Of a DNA stretch of 58,652 bases, positions 54,171 to 58,652 are shown piece by piece. The DNA is from a virus (lineage: Duplodnaviria > Caudoviricetes). Location of the stretch: IMG/VR virus record IMGVR_UViG_3300025154_000110, positions 1 through 58,652 of that record. One strand, written 5' to 3'. The notes beneath the pieces were generated by a model that did not search any database, was not told the origin of the DNA, and worked only from the letters and a program-made list of their open reading frames with translations. How positions within the stretch are numbered: the first letter of the stretch is position 1; each line of letters opens with the position of its first letter. The translations under genes were made by a program, and so were the position numbers.

Positions 54171-55907
54171 ATGGCCCCACAGAAAAAGTACATCAAGGAC
54201 AAGGACGGGAAAATGGTTGAAGTGCCTGATGGCGCGGCACCTGCGGTTAATCCTAATTCGGTGGCTGGCGCCGCGGTGAACCTCAAGGAAAGCGCTGTCC
54301 AGGGCGTAAAGGATTTTGCCTCCGTCGTGTCATCTCCAGCCGAGACGGCCAAGAGCCTTGGATCAAGGATAGTTGGCGATGTCAAGTCCATTCCGGCCGG
54401 CGCGGTAAATGCGGCGAAGAATTGGGCGAAGGAGGGTATCGCCATTGGCGACAAAGTTGGCGGCGTGTTGCCCTGGGCCGGGAAGACAGCAGAGGCGGTT
54501 GAGGCGGCGAAGGGCGCGACTGAGGCCGGCGGCATTCCAGCCGGTATCGGCGTCGGGCTGCGGAAAACCCCGGGCCTGGTTTTTGAGGCCGCGAAAGATA
54601 CGGTTGGCGGGATCGTCAATGAAGATGTGCGGGCGGCGAATAGAGCAGTCGGCCAGGGAATCATTGATGTTGCATCAACTGCGGCTACCGGGAAGGTCAA
54701 ACCGAAGGCAGAGAGCCCGCCGGCAGGGGCCGTAGCAGCAGAACCGCCGGCCGCTGAGAAAGAAGCAGCACAACCGGCGACCTCTACGCAACCATTACCG
54801 TTTCACGGCACCCCAACGGCCACGTCGGCCGAGAGTGACCCGATGGACGCGGACGGCAGCGCCGGGCAAGGAGGACCTCCACCGGCAACCGCACAGATTG
54901 GAAATTACCAGCAGAACGCCCAGGGCCAGCCGGAAACCAGGCGGTACAGGGACCCAAACACCGGAGACTATACCTATTCGCTCCCAGGCGGGAACATCAC
55001 CGTCAAGGGCGGGGCGGAGAAGATCACCCGCGAGCCCGGCGAGCAGAACATGGGCGGGTACGGTGCCCGCCGGCCGGCCAAGACTGCAGGTTCGGGTGTT
55101 GCTTCTTCGACTGGCGGCTATGGCGCTTATGAGGACCAGAAGGCACGGCTGAAAGAATATCACGACAAGCTGTTCCAGCCGGTAGACGAGGCGAACAGGT
55201 ACAAACCGACCGTCCAGACCAAGTTCCGGAATAAGGAAGACGAGGTTGCGGCCGAAAACGCCAGGCACATTGAAGAGCGGGCCGCGAAGAACGCCGCGCA
55301 AGTTGCGAAGGACAATGCCATCGCCGCGGCGCAGAATGAGGAAGTTTCCCGTAATCTCGCCATCCAGGCGCCGAGGATTGGCGTCATGCAGCAGGAACTT
55401 GTTGATCGGCAGGCGCAGACCGGAATTGATCAGCAGCGGGCAGACATTGAGGCCGGCCGGGCCGGGGTTGACCAGCAGAAGGTGCAGTCTGACATTGCCG
55501 AATCTCAGCTTACGGCGCAGGAAAAAGAAATGATGAATGCGGCCCGGGCCAAGGTGCAGGCAGCGACGACGCAGGAAGAGAAGGACGCCGCCGTACAGGA
55601 GCTTGCCGCATTGAGCGGGAACTTCCCTAAAACGAAAGATGTCAATCCCAGCTGGGCTTTTGTCCCGCCGGAGACGAACGCGGCCGGCGAGGTTGTCAAG
55701 GAAGGGTTCTACTATGACAAGAACAGCCCGACGAATCCGGGGAGAGAGAAGCGCGGCGGCGCTGATGCGGTAGCGGCAGCGGAGCAGGAACTTGGCGGCA
55801 TGGGCGAAGACGTGGCGCAGCAGGCGGCGGCTATCAGGGCGCAGGTGAAGGCAGGAAAGCTGAAAAAGGCTGAAGCACTCAAACGACTCAAAGAATTGGG
55901 GCTGTAA
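54171..55907 (+). CDS. Ala/Gly/Gln-rich internal virion (ejection) protein
   Basis: Low-complexity helical protein before the giant gene; TAATG coupling. Confidence 0.65.
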   Translation: MAPQKKYIKDKDGKMVEVPDGAAPAVNPNSVAGAAVNLKESAVQGVKDFASVVSSPAETAKSLGSRIVGDVKSIPAGAVNAAKNWAKEGIAIGDKVGGVLPWAGKTAEAVEAAKGATEAGGIPAGIGVGLRKTPGLVFEAAKDTVGGIVNEDVRAANRAVGQGIIDVASTAATGKVKPKAESPPAGAVAAEPPAAEKEAAQPATSTQPLPFHGTPTATSAESDPMDADGSAGQGGPPPATAQIGNYQQNAQGQPETRRYRDPNTGDYTYSLPGGNITVKGGAEKITREPGEQNMGGYGARRPAKTAGSGVASSTGGYGAYEDQKARLKEYHDKLFQPVDEANRYKPTVQTKFRNKEDEVAAENARHIEERAAKNAAQVAKDNAIAAAQNEEVSRNLAIQAPRIGVMQQELVDRQAQTGIDQQRADIEAGRAGVDQQKVQSDIAESQLTAQEKEMMNAARAKVQAATTQEEKDAAVQELAALSGNFPKTKDVNPSWAFVPPETNAAGEVVKEGFYYDKNSPTNPGREKRGGADAVAAAEQELGGMGEDVAQQAAAIRAQVKAGKLKKAEALKRLKELGL

Positions 55908-58652
55908 TGGGAATCGCTGAAGACTTACTGGCGGACGTACCGGATGAAGAGGGTGCCGTTGCTCCTTCCATAGCTGAAAGGCTGTTGGCCGATATCCCGG
56001 ATGATGATGTCCCAGAAGGCGCCGTTCCTGAGCGTGGCTTCATGGGAGACGTTGCATCCCGCGCTGCACGCGGCATGGTTGGCCTTGCCGAGACCACGGC
56101 TCAGGCGGCCGATGTCTTTACCGGCGGGACGGAGATAACCAAGACTGCAAAGGATTTCTGGCGCGACCTCCCAGAGAAGGCTGATATCCTGAAGCCTGAT
56201 GTATCGGAAGCGACCGGCCAGGAGGGTTTCGTCAAGCGCGGCGCCATGGGCGCGGTTGAGTCGGCCCCGGTATCGGCGGCGATTATCCCAGCGGCGATGG
56301 CCGGCGCGGCGGCCGGCAGTGTCGTCCCGGGCGTCGGGACAACGATTGGCGGATTTGTCGGCGGCACGCTTGGATTGATCGGACTCTTCGGCGCCGGCAC
56401 CTATGGCAAACAGAAAGACGTTGCCATGGAGGAATTGAAAGCGGCCAGGCCGGATCTTGATGACAAGGCCCGCGAGGACATCGCCCACGAAAACGCCATG
56501 ACCCACGCCTACGCCGAAACACTTGGCGAGGGAGCCGGGGACCTGGCGGCATACCTGATTTTCTCACGCCTTCCCGGTGGAACTGCAGCATACCGCGGCG
56601 GGAAGGAAATACTGAAGAACCTCGTCAACCCGAATTTCGTCAAGACCATCGGTAAGGGGTTCCTCAAGGACGTGCCTTTCGAGGTCGGTTCAGAGGTTGG
56701 GACCTCGTTCTTCCAGGCGGAAGCCGACAAGAAAGCTGGCATCCAGGGCATGAGCACCGGCCAGCAGATGTTGGAATCGATAATCCCGGCCATATTCCTG
56801 TCCGGTGGCATGGGAGTTGTGGTTGGTGGATATTCAGCCTATCAGCGGAAAAAGTCATACGATGGACTGAACCAAGGCACACCGGAAGAACGGGCAATGG
56901 CGGTGAACGCCGTCGCGTCAACCTTGTACGAAAGGGTAGGTGATGAGGCCATCGCAAATGACTGGCGCGACAAGGCCATGTCCTATGTCGTGTCCGGACA
57001 AAAGATCCCGCTCGACCAGGACCTCATCAACTTTGTTGCAGCCAGAGAGGCAGAGAACGGCGTCGATGGCAAGCCGGTCAAAACTGCAGAACCAGCCGGC
57101 CCGGTAACGCGAGCCGTAAACAGAGTAACCCCAACCACGGAGCAAGCAAATGTTCGGAGTATTCGAGAACAAGAAGAAAAAGCAGGCAGAGCAGGCGGCC
57201 GCGGCGAAGAGCAAGGCGGAACTGGACCAGTTGGAACAGTCAGTCAAATCAACGCAGCAGCGGGCGGACAAGATGAAGGCGGACTTCGGGATCGAGGACG
57301 TGGAGAAGTTACCCCCGCCGGCAGCCGGGCCGAAGCCGGTCAAGAAGGGGCCGCCGGAAGGAGTGGCGGAGAGCTTGAAACGGCTGATCAAGGCCAGAAA
57401 CAAGGAAATGGAGCAGGCAAACAGGTAGACGAGTCCAAGCGCGGCCGGGACTGGGCGGACGGAAAATCTCAGTCCTTCGATGCGTCCCCATATTTCCAGG
57501 AGAATCTTGAGAGCCCGGAGACACGGGCGCTTGGCATGGAGCGCAAGGCGGCGGATAAGATCGCCCGGCTGAAGGAAAAGGGCCGGTACACCGATAAGGC
57601 CGGGAAGGTCACGGATAAGGCTTTGTTCTGGGAAGGTGCGCGGGCTAGGGCCAGGGAATTGGCGGCGGAGTCCAGGAAGAACAGCGTGTTCCAGGGCGCC
57701 GAGGACTTGCCGATTGAGCAGGGCCGGCCTGAACAGATTGACCCCGAGACCGGGGAGATCCTCCAGCAGGTTGCCGGCGACATCAACCGCAGCAAAGCGG
57801 ACCCGAAGACCACGGCCGAAGTGCAGCAAATTGTCGAACGGATCAATCAGGCCACGCCAGAGCAGATTACCGCATACCAGGGGAGCATCGGTGAACGGTT
57901 CGAGGCTCGGCCTGACCTGAAGCCGTTTGAGAAGATTATCAGGGATGCGCTGGAGAAGAGGGCGGCGACGACTGCGCCCAGGGCGGCAGAGTCTATCGAA
58001 AATCGGGAGTCGGCGGCGGCCGGCCAGGAGGTGAACACTACCCCCTCGGAGCCGATGAAGGAGAGCGGAAATTACAAGAAGGCCCATGTCTCGGTTGACG
58101 GGCTCGACATTTCCATCGAAAATCCTATCGGCTCATTCCGTTCCGGGAAAGACAAAGGGGGCCGGGAGTGGCGACAGGAGATCAAGGCCGATTACGGTTA
58201 TGTCAAAGGCACCGTCGGCCATGACAAAGACCATGTTGACATCTTCATCAAACCCGGATACCAGGGCGGCGCGAAGACCGTTCATGTCGTCAACCAAGTG
58301 AACAAGGACGGCTCTTTCGATGAGCACAAGGCGGTTCTCGGGGCGGCTTCTCCTGAAGAGGCGATGGAGATTTACAATTCCAACTATGAAGAAGGCTGGA
58401 CCGGGGGCAAGAATGTTATCGAGATGCCGGCCGGCCGGTTCAAGCGGTGGGCGAAGTCCGGGAGGGCGAAGAAAGGTGAATTGACGGCGGCGCAGGCCGG
58501 GAAACAGCCGGCCACGGCAGCGCCCAAAGAATCCCCTGCCAAGTCGCAGGGTGCGGAGCAACCGGCCCCTCCCTCCCCGGTTGCTCCGGTTTTAAATGAT
58601 ATGGTGCGCGAGGCCGCAAGGTGGAAAGGCGCGGCACAGAAGGTTGCCGAGA
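55907..58652 (+). CDS. N-terminal part of the giant polyvalent virion protein (missing from the ORF track because it runs off the end)
   Basis: MGIAEDLLADVPD...; Gly/Ala-rich hydrophobic segments; InPase-like domain GNYKKAHV...SIENP...DYGYVKGT.G.DKDHVD...DEHK; ATG 58601 equals ATG 80, 898 codons from 55907. Confidence 0.85.
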   Translation, partial: MGIAEDLLADVPDEEGAVAPSIAERLLADIPDDDVPEGAVPERGFMGDVASRAARGMVGLAETTAQAADVFTGGTEITKTAKDFWRDLPEKADILKPDVSEATGQEGFVKRGAMGAVESAPVSAAIIPAAMAGAAAGSVVPGVGTTIGGFVGGTLGLIGLFGAGTYGKQKDVAMEELKAARPDLDDKAREDIAHENAMTHAYAETLGEGAGDLAAYLIFSRLPGGTAAYRGGKEILKNLVNPNFVKTIGKGFLKDVPFEVGSEVGTSFFQAEADKKAGIQGMSTGQQMLESIIPAIFLSGGMGVVVGGYSAYQRKKSYDGLNQGTPEERAMAVNAVASTLYERVGDEAIANDWRDKAMSYVVSGQKIPLDQDLINFVAAREAENGVDGKPVKTAEPAGPVTRAVNRVTPTTEQANVRSIREQEEKAGRAGGRGEEQGGTGPVGTVSQINAAAGGQDEGGLRDRGRGEVTPAGSRAEAGQEGAAGRSGGELETADQGQKQGNGAGKQVDESKRGRDWADGKSQSFDASPYFQENLESPETRALGMERKAADKIARLKEKGRYTDKAGKVTDKALFWEGARARARELAAESRKNSVFQGAEDLPIEQGRPEQIDPETGEILQQVAGDINRSKADPKTTAEVQQIVERINQATPEQITAYQGSIGERFEARPDLKPFEKIIRDALEKRAATTAPRAAESIENRESAAAGQEVNTTPSEPMKESGNYKKAHVSVDGLDISIENPIGSFRSGKDKGGREWRQEIKADYGYVKGTVGHDKDHVDIFIKPGYQGGAKTVHVVNQVNKDGSFDEHKAVLGAASPEEAMEIYNSNYEEGWTGGKNVIEMPAGRFKRWAKSGRAKKGELTAAQAGKQPATAAPKESPAKSQGAEQPAPPSPVAPVLNDMVREAARWKGAAQKVAE
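57150..57428 (+). CDS. Putative nested +1-frame gene (92 aa)
   Basis: GGAG 7 nt before ATG; protein-like helical sequence while the host frame becomes G/R/E low-complexity over exactly this span. Confidence 0.6.
   Translation: MFGVFENKKKKQAEQAAAAKSKAELDQLEQSVKSTQQRADKMKADFGIEDVEKLPPPAAGPKPVKKGPPEGVAESLKRLIKARNKEMEQANR
58527..58652. repeat. Terminal direct repeat, copy 2
   Basis: Identical to 6-131. Confidence 0.95.

Noticed and set aside
56918-58087. 389-aa minus-strand ORF and the many other long antisense ORFs
   Set aside because: Antisense shadows of GC-rich plus-strand genes; this one lies opposite the giant gene.

Overview
The window is an apparently complete, circularly permuted dsDNA bacteriophage genome of about 58.5 kb. 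Bases 6-131 are repeated exactly at 58527-58652. The head module (TerS/TerL, large portal, scaffold, N4-gp56/DUF4043-type major capsid protein), the lack of a tape measure or sheath gene, and a ~3,960-aa polyvalent internal virion protein spanning the contig junction point to a short-tailed 933W/F116/Bcep22-like podophage. It also has a lambdoid-style early region (Cro-like, Rha, RecT, SbcC-like ATPase, O-like initiator, NinB-like), a GH108 lysis cluster and three HNH genes. I see no integrase or CI repressor. The main unexplained signals are these. (1) Several virion-type proteins carry Sec signal peptides, including one of two tandem tail paralogs and a head-fibre-like protein, and an exported clan-CD protease-like gene sits in the same late program. 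(2) A ~97-nt structured terminator/antiterminator RNA with covarying stems occurs twice, in front of two late operons, one copy beside a small candidate activator gene. (3) A kissing-loop leader RNA and a tRNA-Arg 5' half fused to an HNH gene sit where an immunity region would be expected. (4) A +1-frame gene appears nested inside the giant gene. All family calls come from motif recognition by eye, not from database searches.
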